From: an uncultured Halioglobus sp.
Lineage (GTDB): Bacteria; Pseudomonadota; Gammaproteobacteria; Pseudomonadales; Halieaceae
Length of the DNA: 64,000 bases
Reading direction: 5' to 3'
Assembly: GCA_963934845.1 (NCBI GenBank)
Contig: CAWWAG010000008.1
Coordinates: 10,358 to 74,357, forward strand
Below, in pieces: positions 8,618-19,215 of this stretch. Under the pieces are notes generated by a model. The model was given only the letters and a program-made list of their open reading frames with translations. It ran no database searches and had not been told where the DNA came from. Numbering within the stretch: position 1 is the first letter of the stretch; every line of letters begins with the position of its first letter. Position numbers and translations under genes: made by a program.

Positions 8618-11029
8618 ATGAGTTCCTCTTCTATAATCGTATTACCTCTCCTGCCATTAAGAGATGTTGTCGTGTATCCGCATATGGTGCTACCCCTTTT
8701 CGTGGGTCGCGAGCGGTCAATTGAAGCCCTGGAAGATGCCATGGCTAATGACAAGCAGGTATTGTTAGTGGCGCAGCGTAAAGCGGCAGACGACAATCCC
8801 AGCGCCGAGGGCATTTACCAGATTGGAACCGTCTCTAATATTTTGCAATTGCTAAAACTTCCCGATGGCACTATCAAAGTTTTGGTGGAGGGCAGTTATC
8901 GGGCGATTGTCGATAATGTGGATGAAGAGGGGCCTTTCAGTAAAGCTGAAGTACGTGAAATTCTCAGCGAGGATATCCCCGAATTCGATGTTGACCCACT
9001 GCTTCGCACTACGATTGCCCAGTTTGAAAAGTACGTAAACCTCAGTAAGAAAGTGCCTGCGGAAGTCCTCACCTCGCTGACCGGTATTGATGAGCCAGGG
9101 CGATTGGCCGACACCATAGCAGCGCACATGAGTGTTCCTCTGGAGGAAAAGCAGCGTATTCTGGAGATGTCTGGTGTACGTGGCAGGCTGGAACATCTGA
9201 TGGGCTTGATGGACGCAGAGATAGATCTGTTTCAGGTTGAAAAACGCATTCGTGGCCGCGTGAAAAAGCAGATGGAGAAAAGTCAGCGCGAGTATTATCT
9301 CAATGAGCAGATGAAGGCTATTCAGCGCGAATTAGGTGATATGGATGAGGCGCCTAATGAATTGGATGAGCTGCAGTCCCGTATTGAAAAAGCGAAAATG
9401 CCGCAAGAGGCGAAAAACAAAGCACAATCCGAACTGGGTAAGCTCAAGATGATGTCACCGATGTCTGCCGAGGCCTCAGTGGTACGCAGCTACATTGACT
9501 GGATGGTGAGTGTCCCCTGGTCAAAGAGTAGCAAGGTAAAACACGATCTGAAACGAGCGTCCACCATACTGGATGAAGATCACTACGGTCTTGAAGAAGT
9601 AAAGGATCGTATTATCGAGTACCTCGCGGTGCAAAAGCGCGTACGTAAGGTAAAAGGCCCCGTACTGTGTTTGGTCGGCCCTCCGGGCGTTGGTAAGACA
9701 TCACTCGGTGAGTCACTGGCACGCGCCACCAATCGAAAATTTGTGCGTATGGCACTTGGCGGCGTGCGAGATGAGGCCGAGATTCGAGGGCACCGTCGAA
9801 CCTATATCGGTTCGATGCCAGGCAAGTTATTACAAAAGATGGCTAAGGCGGGCGTCAAAAACCCGTTGTTCCTACTCGACGAAATTGACAAGATGGGCAT
9901 GGACCATCGAGGCGATCCTGCCTCAGCCATGTTGGAAGTGCTGGACCCCGAACAAAACCACGCCTTTAACGATCACTATCTGGAAGTGGACTACGATTTA
10001 TCGGATGTCATGTTCATTTGCACTTCAAATACTATGAATATCCCCGGGCCACTGTTGGATCGCTTGGAAGTGATTCGAATTCCCGGCTATACGGAAGACG
10101 AGAAGCTTAATATTGCCGAGCGATATCTCATCCCAAAACAAGTCAAATTGAATGGTCTCGCTCAGGATGAATTGTCGTTTGCCCGACAGACAGTGACCGA
10201 TGTGATCCGCTACTACACAAGAGAAGCGGGTGTGCGTTCGTTGGAGCGTGAGATTGCCAAGGTCTGTCGCAAGATCGTGAAAGCACTCACTCTGGGAGAG
10301 ATTTCTATCGGTACGACTATTAGCCCTGAAATGCTTCCCGATTTACTGGGTGTCAGGAAACACAACTACGGCATAGCGGAGGAAACCAATAAAGTAGGAC
10401 AGGTCACTGGTTTGGCCTGGACGTCCGTGGGTGGTGAATTGTTGACCATTGAAGCCGTAGCAGTCGTGGGTAAGGGGCGTCATGTGCAGACGGGTTCGCT
10501 CGGTGATGTCATGCAGGAATCGATTCAAGCTGCCACTACGGTGGTGCGCAGTCGTGGACAGGTGCTGGGAATACCGGCCAATTTCCATGAGACTCACGAT
10601 GTACATATTCATGTGCCCGAGGGCGCTACGCCTAAAGATGGTCCAAGCGCCGGTGTGGCTATGTGCACAGCACTTGTCTCGGTACTGACGAATATACCAG
10701 TACGATCAGATGTCGCTATGACAGGTGAAATTACACTCCGTGGAGAAGTGCTGCCCATCGGTGGGTTGAAGGAAAAACTTCTAGCCGCGAGGCGCGGAGG
10801 GATCAAGACAGTAATCATTCCTAAAGAGAATGAACGCGATTTGAAAGAAATACCCGATAATATTAAAGAGCACCTCAACATTTGTCCGGTGAAATGGATT
10901 GATGAAGCCCTGGCGCTAGCGCTTGAGTTCATGCCCAAGCCGCTGAGTGACGAAGAGTTTCTCGCAAACTCCTTATCTGGCGGCGCCGACAATGCAATTG
11001 ACGAAAAAAATCGTATAAATACTCACTAG
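8618..11029 (+). CDS. lon: Lon protease
   Basis: 803 aa with Walker A GPPGVGKTS and catalytic Ser in PKDGPSAGVAM. Confidence 0.96.
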   Translation: MSSSSIIVLPLLPLRDVVVYPHMVLPLFVGRERSIEALEDAMANDKQVLLVAQRKAADDNPSAEGIYQIGTVSNILQLLKLPDGTIKVLVEGSYRAIVDNVDEEGPFSKAEVREILSEDIPEFDVDPLLRTTIAQFEKYVNLSKKVPAEVLTSLTGIDEPGRLADTIAAHMSVPLEEKQRILEMSGVRGRLEHLMGLMDAEIDLFQVEKRIRGRVKKQMEKSQREYYLNEQMKAIQRELGDMDEAPNELDELQSRIEKAKMPQEAKNKAQSELGKLKMMSPMSAEASVVRSYIDWMVSVPWSKSSKVKHDLKRASTILDEDHYGLEEVKDRIIEYLAVQKRVRKVKGPVLCLVGPPGVGKTSLGESLARATNRKFVRMALGGVRDEAEIRGHRRTYIGSMPGKLLQKMAKAGVKNPLFLLDEIDKMGMDHRGDPASAMLEVLDPEQNHAFNDHYLEVDYDLSDVMFICTSNTMNIPGPLLDRLEVIRIPGYTEDEKLNIAERYLIPKQVKLNGLAQDELSFARQTVTDVIRYYTREAGVRSLEREIAKVCRKIVKALTLGEISIGTTISPEMLPDLLGVRKHNYGIAEETNKVGQVTGLAWTSVGGELLTIEAVAVVGKGRHVQTGSLGDVMQESIQAATTVVRSRGQVLGIPANFHETHDVHIHVPEGATPKDGPSAGVAMCTALVSVLTNIPVRSDVAMTGEITLRGEVLPIGGLKEKLLAARRGGIKTVIIPKENERDLKEIPDNIKEHLNICPVKWIDEALALALEFMPKPLSDEEFLANSLSGGADNAIDEKNRINTH

Positions 11030-11205
11030 CAGGCGCTTGCAATGTTGACCAACATTCCTTCTCTAGTATACAGTCGCTAAGTAGCCGCATAGTGAAAGCT
11101 TCGAGCAAATTACCTCACCACACTACGTGATGCTATAACTGGAGATCAGAAGCCAATCCCAGATTAATAATCCCGCTCCTTACTACCAAGCGGTAACATA
11201 CAAGC

Positions 11206-11235
11206 TTGCGCAGCGATAACCTGCGCAACGATAAC
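11206..11235 (+). promoter_or_regulatory. hairpin and tandem 15-nt repeat in the hupB leader
   Basis: TTGCGCAG-cgataac-CTGCGCAA forms a perfect 8-bp inverted repeat at 11206-11228. It overlaps the direct repeat TGCGCAGCGATAAC / TGCGCAACGATAAC at 11207-11220 and 11222-11235. The element ends 16 nt before the hupB GTG. Confidence 0.3.
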
Positions 11236-11251
11236 TTCCAAGGGGATAATT

Positions 11252-11527
11252 GTGAATAAAACTGAACTGGTAGACGCTATTGCAACAGCAGCAGATCTGC
11301 CAAAAGCATCTGCAAGCCGTGCACTGGACGCTGTACTTGAAAGCATCACCAATGAATTAAAAATGGGTGAGCAAGTTGCCTTGGTAGGTTTTGGTACCTT
11401 CTCCGTCAAGCACCGCAATGCCCGCAGTGGCCGCAATCCGCAGACTGGCGCTACCATTGAAATCAAGGCTTCCAAGGTAGCCGGCTTCAAAGCAGGTAAA
11501 GCGTTGAAAGACGCGGTTAATTCCTGA
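11252..11527 (+). CDS. hupB: DNA-binding protein HU-beta
   Basis: 91 aa, GTG start. [11 protein letters not shown]...[20 protein letters not shown] is the canonical HU sequence. Sits in the lon-hupB-ppiD order. Confidence 0.95.
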   Translation: MNKTELVDAIATAADLPKASASRALDAVLESITNELKMGEQVALVGFGTFSVKHRNARSGRNPQTGATIEIKASKVAGFKAGKALKDAVNS

Positions 11528-11608
11528 AGCAAGCGGAACACACGCGCAACCACTGGGTTGCGTAGCCATCTGGCCCGGTTAACGGGACATTCGTGAATTC
11601 AGTTAAAA

Positions 11609-11637
11609 AGGCGTACGTTTTTGTGCGCCTTTTTTTT
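11609..11637 (+). terminator. rho-independent terminator after hupB
   Basis: AGGCGTAC-gttttt-GTGCGCCT gives an 8-bp stem with one G-U pair, followed by a T7 run. Confidence 0.7.
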
Positions 11638-11657
11638 AGTTTTTGTGAGTAATAGTC

Positions 11658-13529
11658 ATGCTTCAAGACATACGTAAACATGTGCAGGGTACCGCCGCAA
11701 AGATCGTGGTGGGGTTGATCGTTATCTCGTTTTCATTCTTTGGAATCGAGTCCATACTGGTAGGCGGTGGAGGTAACGAGATCGCTGAAGTCAACGGAGA
11801 GCCAATCTACCCGCAGCAGTTGCAGCAGGCCCTGGACACTCAAAAAAGACGCCTCATTTCGATGATGGGAGATAATCTTGATCCTTCTATGCTCGATGAT
11901 GAGCGGTTAGGCCAACAAGCACTTGAGGCATTGATTAACCGCGAATTGCTCATGCAATCTGCGCGTGACATGGGGCTGGTGATATCCGACCCCGAGATAG
12001 GCGCCGTAGTCGCAAGCATGGAGCAATTTCAGGTAGATGGCGTGTTTTCGCCTGAGGTCTACAGAAGCGTGCTTTCCAGTGCCGGATATACGCCCAGCTA
12101 TTTTAAAGTCAGCTTGAGCGACGATATGTTAGCGGGTCAGCTGCGTAGCGGTATTGCGGGTAGTGAGTTTGTCACCCAGGCGGAACTTGAGACAAATACT
12201 CAAGTCATATCAGAGCTACGCGATTTGCGCTTTTTCAGTATTCCCCGCGAAAACTTCTCTACGGCCTCGCAAATCACTGAAGATCAGATCGAGGCTTACT
12301 ACAACGCTCATCAGGATTCCTTTCGAACGCCAGAGTCAGTAGATCTGGATTATCTCGAGCTTACGCTCAAGCAATTTCGCCAGCCTGTAGAGGAGAGTGC
12401 AGTTCGGGAGGCGTACGAACTCGCCAAACAAGACGCGTCATTTCAATCCCAAAACAGGGTGTCACACATCCTGTTTGAGGAAGGTGCCCAGGACGACCTG
12501 ACACGGCGAATTGCACTGGCCCAGACAGAACTGGATAGCGGTGTGGCTTTTGCCGAAGTCGCGAAAGAATTTTCTGATGATATTGGTTCCGCTGACAAGG
12601 GCGGCGATCTCGGTTACACCAGCGGCGATACATTCCCTGAGTCCATGGAGACCGTTATCGCGCAGTTAGAGCCTGGCGTTGTCTCCGCTCCGGTTACAAC
12701 CGACGCGGGAACCCATTTGATCCTGGTTACCGAACGTAAAGCGGGCGAAGTTATCAGTTTGAAAGAGATGCGCAAGCAGTTGAGCGACACTATTCAGGCA
12801 GACGAAGCCCGTATCGTCTTACTGCGTACTGTCGAGTCGCTCAAAGACTTGTCGTTCAACGCGGAGGATCTCGGGTACCCTGCAAAAGAACTGGGCCTCA
12901 CTGTCAAGCAAGCAAATGCGGTCACACGCACACAGAATAAAGGTTTGTTTTCGAATTTGGTACTGGTGGAAGCCGCCTTTTCGGAAGAGGTATTGGAGGC
13001 GGGTAACAACAGTGAAGTGCTTGAACTGCCGGGCAATAAATTTGTTGTTGTGAGTGTACGTCGGTACAACGAGCCTGACGTGAAACCTCTGGCGGCGATC
13101 AGGGCTGAGGTACTGGCCGCAGTCGTTGAGGAAACCACGCGTACTGCGGTCGTGGCAGAGGCAGCTCAGGTACTTAAGCAGTTGCGTGCCGGTGTCCCAC
13201 TGGCGCAGCTTACCGAGTCTCAAGGTTACCAAATGCAGGTTGAACTGGGTGTGAATCGACGTAATACCATCGTTATGTCCGAGGTATTGCGTCGTGTTTT
13301 TGAGCTACCGGCACCGGGGGCTGAAAGTCTGTCCGCAGACTATGTACTGGCCCCCAATGGTGATGCTGTTGTCGTCGAGCTCCTGCAGGTGGATACTGGG
13401 GACTACGGGTCGCTTCCTGACGCGGAGCAAGCACAGCTCCAGCAGGCACTGAGTGGCGAGTTCGGTGGCTTGATCGACAACGAATTTCAGCGTGGCTTGC
13501 GCGAACGCGCAAAAATCACAGTCTTGTAA
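11658..13529 (+). CDS. ppiD: periplasmic chaperone / peptidyl-prolyl isomerase PpiD
   Basis: 623 aa with an N-terminal TM anchor (AAKIVVGLIVISFSFFGI) and a parvulin segment (FSDDIGSADKGGDLGY). Sits in the conserved position after hupB. Confidence 0.88.
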   Translation: MLQDIRKHVQGTAAKIVVGLIVISFSFFGIESILVGGGGNEIAEVNGEPIYPQQLQQALDTQKRRLISMMGDNLDPSMLDDERLGQQALEALINRELLMQSARDMGLVISDPEIGAVVASMEQFQVDGVFSPEVYRSVLSSAGYTPSYFKVSLSDDMLAGQLRSGIAGSEFVTQAELETNTQVISELRDLRFFSIPRENFSTASQITEDQIEAYYNAHQDSFRTPESVDLDYLELTLKQFRQPVEESAVREAYELAKQDASFQSQNRVSHILFEEGAQDDLTRRIALAQTELDSGVAFAEVAKEFSDDIGSADKGGDLGYTSGDTFPESMETVIAQLEPGVVSAPVTTDAGTHLILVTERKAGEVISLKEMRKQLSDTIQADEARIVLLRTVESLKDLSFNAEDLGYPAKELGLTVKQANAVTRTQNKGLFSNLVLVEAAFSEEVLEAGNNSEVLELPGNKFVVVSVRRYNEPDVKPLAAIRAEVLAAVVEETTRTAVVAEAAQVLKQLRAGVPLAQLTESQGYQMQVELGVNRRNTIVMSEVLRRVFELPAPGAESLSADYVLAPNGDAVVVELLQVDTGDYGSLPDAEQAQLQQALSGEFGGLIDNEFQRGLRERAKITVL

Positions 13530-13549
13530 ATTGATTAACTGAGGCAGAC

Positions 13550-14734
13550 ATGGCCCAACGCATACTCACGCTAAACCAGATCTCCCTCAAGGGATTGGAA
13601 CGATTGCCGCGCGATTGTTATGAAATTGCAAGTGAATTCTCGCAACCGGATGCAATCCTGCTACGCAGCTACAAATTACAGGAAGAGGATATTCGTCCGT
13701 CTGTGCTGGCCATAGCTCGCGCGGGTGCGGGCGTCAACAATATTCCCGTTGCAAGTTGTACAGCGCGCGGTATACCCGTATTCAACTCTCCCGGCGCAAA
13801 TGCTAATGCGGTGAAGGAACTGGTTGCTACCGGTTTGCTGCTGGGCTCTCGGGGTGTTGTTGAGGGCATTGAATATGTGCGTACTCTCCACAGCATCAAG
13901 GACGGTAGCGAACTGAATAAAACGCTTGAAGCTCAAAAGAAGCAGTTCAGGGGTAGTGAGTTAATGGGCAAAAGCCTGGGGGTTGTAGGGCTGGGTGCGA
14001 TTGGATCTCTCGTCGCGGAAATGGCGCTAACGCTGGGTATGGAAGTGGTGGGCTTCGACCCAGCGCTATCCGTTGACGCAGCCTGGCGTTTATCAAGTCA
14101 GGTCCGTAAGGCAGATACTTTGTCCGCGTTGTTCGCTAAATGCGATTACATCAGTTTGCACTTGCCTGTGCTGGACTCAACCCGTGGATTGATCAACGAG
14201 GAATTACTGGGAATGATGCGTCCGGAGAGCTGTTTGCTCAATTTTGCGCGGCAGGAAATTATCGACCAAAAAGCCCTGCTGCAGGCGTTGGAGCGAGGCC
14301 AGTTGCGCAAATATATTGCCGATTTTCCAACCCCGGAACTCATCGGCCGGCCCAACGTTATTTTGATGCCTCACATTGGCGCAAGCACGGATGAAGCTGA
14401 GGATAACTGCGCTATCATGGCTGCCGACCAGTTACAGGATTTTCTTGAGAACGGTAATATCAGCAATTCAGTCAATTTTCCAACTCTGGTGCTGGATCGT
14501 GTCAGCGGCTGTCGGCTGTCGGTAACCAATGATAACGTCCCCAAAATCCTGGGCAATGTCCTCTCTGTTCTGGCTGACGAAAACATTAACGTTATAGATA
14601 TGATTAACAGAAGTCGCGAAACGATTGCGTATAATTTGATCGATATCGGCAGCCAACCTTCGCCAGAAGTTCTGGATAGAATGCGCGTAATACCCGGTGT
14701 CATCAATGTGCGCTTGATCGGCGACTGTGCCTGA
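13550..14734 (+). CDS. serA: D-3-phosphoglycerate dehydrogenase-type 2-hydroxyacid dehydrogenase with C-terminal ACT domain
   Basis: 394 aa with NAD motif GVVGLGAIGSLVA, catalytic region MPHIGAST, and an ACT-like tail. The gene symbol is tentative. Confidence 0.65.
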   Translation: MAQRILTLNQISLKGLERLPRDCYEIASEFSQPDAILLRSYKLQEEDIRPSVLAIARAGAGVNNIPVASCTARGIPVFNSPGANANAVKELVATGLLLGSRGVVEGIEYVRTLHSIKDGSELNKTLEAQKKQFRGSELMGKSLGVVGLGAIGSLVAEMALTLGMEVVGFDPALSVDAAWRLSSQVRKADTLSALFAKCDYISLHLPVLDSTRGLINEELLGMMRPESCLLNFARQEIIDQKALLQALERGQLRKYIADFPTPELIGRPNVILMPHIGASTDEAEDNCAIMAADQLQDFLENGNISNSVNFPTLVLDRVSGCRLSVTNDNVPKILGNVLSVLADENINVIDMINRSRETIAYNLIDIGSQPSPEVLDRMRVIPGVINVRLIGDCA

Positions 14735-14993
14735 TATAGGTTTTCAGGCTTCTGGCAGTGGCTTTTTATGCTTTAGCCGATTGACAACAGCTGTGCGTAT
14801 CTCATTCATCATTGGATGAGTTACTCGGGAAAATGGTATGCCGACAGTTAGATCGCAGTCGGCATGGAGACACCAGAGGTAGATTATGGGTTGTATCGCA
14901 GATTGAAGAAGTTTCGTTGCTTAACGCAGAATGTAACTTGTGCTATTCACTCTCTACGTCCCACAACCAGCTACAACTGAGGCATTACCAATT

Positions 14994-15533
14994 ATGGAAA
15001 ACTCCTTGGAATCCCTTGTAAAAAAACGCCTGAAATCCCAGAATTATGATTCACCGCCACTGCATCTTTGGCAACCGGAGCTCTCCGGAGATATTCCTAT
15101 TACTATCGACGCGCATGGGGACTGGTATCACGATGGAGGTAAGATCGAACGAGAATCCATCGTCCGGCTGTTCGCAAGTATCCTGCGAAAGGAGGAGGAC
15201 GGCGGGTACTACCTGGTGACGCCGTCTGAAAAGTGGCGCATAAAGGTTGAGCGGCATGCACTTCTTATCACGGATATCAGTCTACTGGAAAGAGAAGGTC
15301 AGCAGGTGCTGGAGGCGACACTCAATACCGGCAAGCAAATTCTGGTAAGCGAAGAGACGCCGTTGTTTCTCGATAATAGGGTAGAGCAGGTAGCTGGTCT
15401 CAAGCTCCCCCACGGTTTAACAGCGCTTTGCACGCGCGCTGCCTGGTACCGATTGGTAGAACTTGCTGACGCTCACGATGGTTGTGCCGTGCTGAAATCA
15501 GGTGAATATGAACTAAGGCTGCCAACCGCATAG
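14994..15533 (+). CDS. DUF1285 family protein
   Basis: The segment ..IPITIDAHGDWYHDGGKIERESIVRLFASIL..YYLVTPSEKWRIKVE.. matches my recollection of DUF1285. The start is placed at the internal ATG (MENSLESL). The track ORF starts at 14940. Confidence 0.6.
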   Translation: MENSLESLVKKRLKSQNYDSPPLHLWQPELSGDIPITIDAHGDWYHDGGKIERESIVRLFASILRKEEDGGYYLVTPSEKWRIKVERHALLITDISLLEREGQQVLEATLNTGKQILVSEETPLFLDNRVEQVAGLKLPHGLTALCTRAAWYRLVELADAHDGCAVLKSGEYELRLPTA

Positions 15534-15560
15534 CTGAGCCACCGTGCGTCGCTAAGGCCC

Positions 15561-17213
15561 CTACATATTTGGGTAGTTTGGCCCGCCAAAGCCTTCAGGT
15601 GTGACCCAGACTATATTCTGCGAGGGATCCTTTATATCGCAGGTTTTACAGTGCACACAGTTTTGGGCGTTGATCTGGAAACGCTGGCCAGCCGAATCCT
15701 CAACAATCTCATACACACCAGCGGGACAGTAGCGCTGTGCCGGCTCATCCCACATCGGAAAATTCTTTTCCAACGGAACACAGGGGTCGATGAGGGTGAG
15801 ATGGCAGGGTTGGTCTTCCTCGTGATTAGTGTTAGACAAAAATACCGAGGACAAGCGATCGAAACTGATAGTGTTGTCCGGCTTCGGATAATGTGGTTTT
15901 TTGCACGCTACCGCTGGTTTGAGCGTCGCGTAGTCCAGCTTGGAATCTCTCAGTGTGAACGGCAGTTTCCCGCCAAAAATATTTTGGTCAATCCAGACCA
16001 TCGCCGAACCAATCAGAATACCAAATTTGTGCATGAAGCCAGAGAAGTTGCGGGTGCTATACAGTTCTTCATGCAACCAGGAGGACTGTAATTTACTTGC
16101 ATAGCTATCGAGATCAGCCGGTGCGGCTTCGCCCTGTGCAAGGGCTTCTACCACGGCCTCTGCCGCCAGCATACCGCTTTTCATAGCCGTGTGATTGCCC
16201 TTGATCTTGACGCTGTTTAGCGTGCCAGCGTCACAGCCGATCAGCAGACCACCTGGAAAATGCATTTTTGGAAGGGAGTTCAAGCCGCCCTTGGTAAGTG
16301 CGCGAGCGCCGTATACCAGACGGGTTCCACCTTCCAGGTATTTGGCAACCTCAGTGTGATGTTTCCATCGTTGGAACTCCTCATAGGGGCTCACATGCGG
16401 GTTACTGTAGTTCAGGTCTGCTATCAGCCCGAGGTATACCTGATTGTTTTCAGCGTGGTACATAAATGCCCCACCACCAGTATTGGTTTCGCTCAGGGGC
16501 CAACCAAGACCGTGTATCACCATACCTTCCTCGTGCTTTTCTGGGGAGATTTCCCAGATTTCCTTAATACCGAGGCCGTAGTGTTGGGGATCTTTGCCTT
16601 CAGCGAGTGAAAACTTCTCCATCAATTGTTTGCCGAGATGGCCGCGGCAGCCCTCGGCGAATAATGTGTACTTGGCATGCAGTTCCATGCCAGGCATATA
16701 ACTGGTTTTGTGTTCGCCATTGGCGCCAACGCCCATATCACCCGTGGCAACACCTTTGACTCGCCCATCCTCGTGATACAGGATTTCAGCCGCTGCGAAG
16801 CCCGGATAAACCTCTACCCCCAAGCCTTCCGCTTGTTCGCCCAACCAGCGGCAAACAGTACCCATTGAGACAATATAGTTCCCTTCATTATGCGTGGGCT
16901 TGGGAATCATGAAGTTTGGCAGTTTGATCGCGCTGGTCTGGCTCAGGTAAAAAAAGAACCTGTCACCTGTAACGGCCGTTTTGACGGGGGCGCCCAGTTC
17001 CTTCCAATTGGGAAAGAGTTCGTTGAGCGCTCGTGGCTCAAGCACCGCGCCAGACAAAATATGGGCTCCGACCTCTGAACCCTTTTCCACCACACAGACA
17101 TTGATTTCCTGCGATTTTTCCTTTGCCAGTTGCATGATGCGACACGCCGCCGATAATCCCGCAGGACCGGCGCCAACGATCACGACATCAAATTCCATAG
17201 ATTCACGTTCCAC
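15561..17213 (-). CDS. electron transfer flavoprotein-ubiquinone oxidoreductase
   Basis: 550 aa with FAD motif VVIVGAGPAGLSAA and a C-terminal 4Fe-4S motif CVHCKTCDIKDP. It is divergent from etfBA. Confidence 0.93.
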   Translation of the reverse strand: MERESMEFDVVIVGAGPAGLSAACRIMQLAKEKSQEINVCVVEKGSEVGAHILSGAVLEPRALNELFPNWKELGAPVKTAVTGDRFFFYLSQTSAIKLPNFMIPKPTHNEGNYIVSMGTVCRWLGEQAEGLGVEVYPGFAAAEILYHEDGRVKGVATGDMGVGANGEHKTSYMPGMELHAKYTLFAEGCRGHLGKQLMEKFSLAEGKDPQHYGLGIKEIWEISPEKHEEGMVIHGLGWPLSETNTGGGAFMYHAENNQVYLGLIADLNYSNPHVSPYEEFQRWKHHTEVAKYLEGGTRLVYGARALTKGGLNSLPKMHFPGGLLIGCDAGTLNSVKIKGNHTAMKSGMLAAEAVVEALAQGEAAPADLDSYASKLQSSWLHEELYSTRNFSGFMHKFGILIGSAMVWIDQNIFGGKLPFTLRDSKLDYATLKPAVACKKPHYPKPDNTISFDRLSSVFLSNTNHEEDQPCHLTLIDPCVPLEKNFPMWDEPAQRYCPAGVYEIVEDSAGQRFQINAQNCVHCKTCDIKDPSQNIVWVTPEGFGGPNYPNM

Positions 17214-17481
17214 TGTGCTTTCCTCTGGTTTTGGTTACTGGTTCGGATGGTCGATCTGAGGTCTTGAAGGGTGACAAGTATATAATTTTTAACGATTAAA
17301 AACCATAAAGATGAATACAGAAAAACCTTGCCATGCGCGCGGTGTGCAGTTTTTACCCATCCCAAGGCCCTTGACCCCAGACATTTTTATGGGCAAAATG
17401 TGCCGCCAAGTTCGCGGGGTGGCAGCCGTCTTTTTTTGCTGTGGCCAATTTAAACTCACCTGATATTTCTCTGGAGAATCC

Positions 17482-18234
17482 ATGAAGGTTCTTGTTGCTG
17501 TAAAGCGTGTCGTTGATTATAACGTTAAGGTGCGCGTCAAAGCCGATGGAAGTGATATTGATCTGAATAACGTCAAAATGTCTATCAATCCGTTTTGTGA
17601 AATTGCCGTTGAAGAGGCCGTGCGTCTCAAAGAAGCTGGCGTAGCGACCGAAGTCATCGCAGTTTCTGTGGGTGATAAAAGCTGCCAGGAGCAAATTCGT
17701 ACCGCATTAGCGCTGGGCGCTGACCGGGGAATCCATATAGACACCGCCGGGAGTTTAGAGCCGCTGGTGGTCGCCAAGTTGTTGAAGGCCGTGGTCGATA
17801 AGGAAGAACCACAACTGGTTATTCTGGGCAAGCAATCCATAGATGGCGATAACAACCAGACGGGCCAGATGCTCGGAGCATTGGCTAACATGGGTCAGGG
17901 CACGTTTGCCTCCGAAGTGGTTGTGGACGGGGATAAGGTCAACGTTACACGTGAGATTGACGGTGGCATGCAAACTGTGAGCCTTAAATTGCCCGCGATC
18001 GTCACGACAGATTTACGTTTGAACGAGCCACGCTACGCCTCGCTTCCCAACATTATGAAAGCCAAAAAGAAGCCTCTGGACGTGTTTACGCCGGAAGATC
18101 TGGGTGTTGCGATTACTTCCCACCTGGTTCAGGTCAAAGTTCAGCCTCCAGCTACGCGTCAAGCTGGCATCAAGGTCAAGGACGTACAGGAGTTGGTCGA
18201 TAAATTGAAGAATGAAGCAAAGGTGATCTCATGA
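17482..18234 (+). CDS. etfB: electron transfer flavoprotein beta subunit
   Basis: 250 aa. [19 protein letters not shown] is the canonical EtfB N-terminus. Has an ATGA overlap with etfA. Confidence 0.94.
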   Translation: MKVLVAVKRVVDYNVKVRVKADGSDIDLNNVKMSINPFCEIAVEEAVRLKEAGVATEVIAVSVGDKSCQEQIRTALALGADRGIHIDTAGSLEPLVVAKLLKAVVDKEEPQLVILGKQSIDGDNNQTGQMLGALANMGQGTFASEVVVDGDKVNVTREIDGGMQTVSLKLPAIVTTDLRLNEPRYASLPNIMKAKKKPLDVFTPEDLGVAITSHLVQVKVQPPATRQAGIKVKDVQELVDKLKNEAKVIS

Positions 18235-19160
18235 GTACTCTGGTTATTGCAGAACACGACAACAGCAACCTGAAGGTCTCTACGCTTAATACGGTAGCAG
18301 CAGCACAGGCCATCGGCGGCGATATCGACATACTAGTGGCCGGCGCTGATTGTGGCGCTGTCGCGACAGCCGCAGCCACTGTTGCGGGTATCGGTAAAGT
18401 GTTGGTGGCGGACAACGCCGTTTATGCCCACCAGTTGGCTGAAAACGTCAGCCTGTTGATTGCCGAAGTGGCCGCGAACTATGACAATATTCTTGCACCG
18501 GCCACAGCGAACTGTAAGAACTTTATGCCTCGCGTGGCGGCACTACTGGATGTCGCTCAGATATCAGACGTGACCCTGGTTGAGTCTGCAGACACCTTTC
18601 AGCGACCGATTTACGCTGGCAACGTTATCGCAACCGTGCAAAGTTCTGATGCCAAGAAAGTCATCACGGTGCGTACCACTGCGTATGACCCAGCGCCCGG
18701 CACAGGCGGTGCCGCTACAGTTGAGGCCCTGGATGCTGTTCACGACGCAGGTACTTCCTCATTTGTAAGTGAAGAAGTGGCGGTATCCGAGCGACCCGAA
18801 TTGACTGCTGCTTCGGTGGTCGTCTCCGGTGGTCGAGGCATGCAAAACGGCGAGAATTTCAAGCTGCTTGACGGTATTGCCGATAAACTGGGCGCTGCAA
18901 TTGGCGCATCCCGTGCGGCAGTTGACGCGGGCTTCGTACCCAATGATATGCAGGTGGGCCAAACCGGTAAAATCGTTGCACCTGATCTGTATATTGCGGT
19001 TGGTATATCCGGTGCGATCCAGCATTTGGCTGGCATGAAGGATTCCAAGGTGATTGTTGCAATCAACAAGGACGAAGACGCTCCGATCTTTCAGGTAGCT
19101 GACTACGGTCTGGTGGCAGATTTGTTTGTCGCGCTTCCCGAGTTCGAATCGCAACTGTAA
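18231..19160 (+). CDS. etfA: electron transfer flavoprotein alpha subunit
   Basis: 309 aa with FAD-binding region [43 protein letters not shown]. Confidence 0.94.
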   Translation: MSTLVIAEHDNSNLKVSTLNTVAAAQAIGGDIDILVAGADCGAVATAAATVAGIGKVLVADNAVYAHQLAENVSLLIAEVAANYDNILAPATANCKNFMPRVAALLDVAQISDVTLVESADTFQRPIYAGNVIATVQSSDAKKVITVRTTAYDPAPGTGGAATVEALDAVHDAGTSSFVSEEVAVSERPELTAASVVVSGGRGMQNGENFKLLDGIADKLGAAIGASRAAVDAGFVPNDMQVGQTGKIVAPDLYIAVGISGAIQHLAGMKDSKVIVAINKDEDAPIFQVADYGLVADLFVALPEFESQL

Positions 19161-19178
19161 ACTGATACCTGCACTCCC

Positions 19179-19207
19179 AAAACCGATCCTGGCGATCGGT
19201 TTTTTTT
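19179..19207. terminator. bidirectional rho-independent terminator between etfA and the antiporter gene
   Basis: AACCGATC-ctggc-GATCGGTT is a perfect 8-bp stem. It is preceded by an A run and followed by a T7 run, between convergent genes. Confidence 0.7.
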
Positions 19208-19215
19208 GTCTTGAA

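Noticed and set aside
14838-14865. Perfect 8-bp inverted repeat ATGCCGAC/GTCGGCAT downstream of the serA-like gene
   Set aside because: It lies about 100 nt past the stop and has no U tract and no obvious partner motif. It cannot be distinguished from chance or from an undefined protein site.
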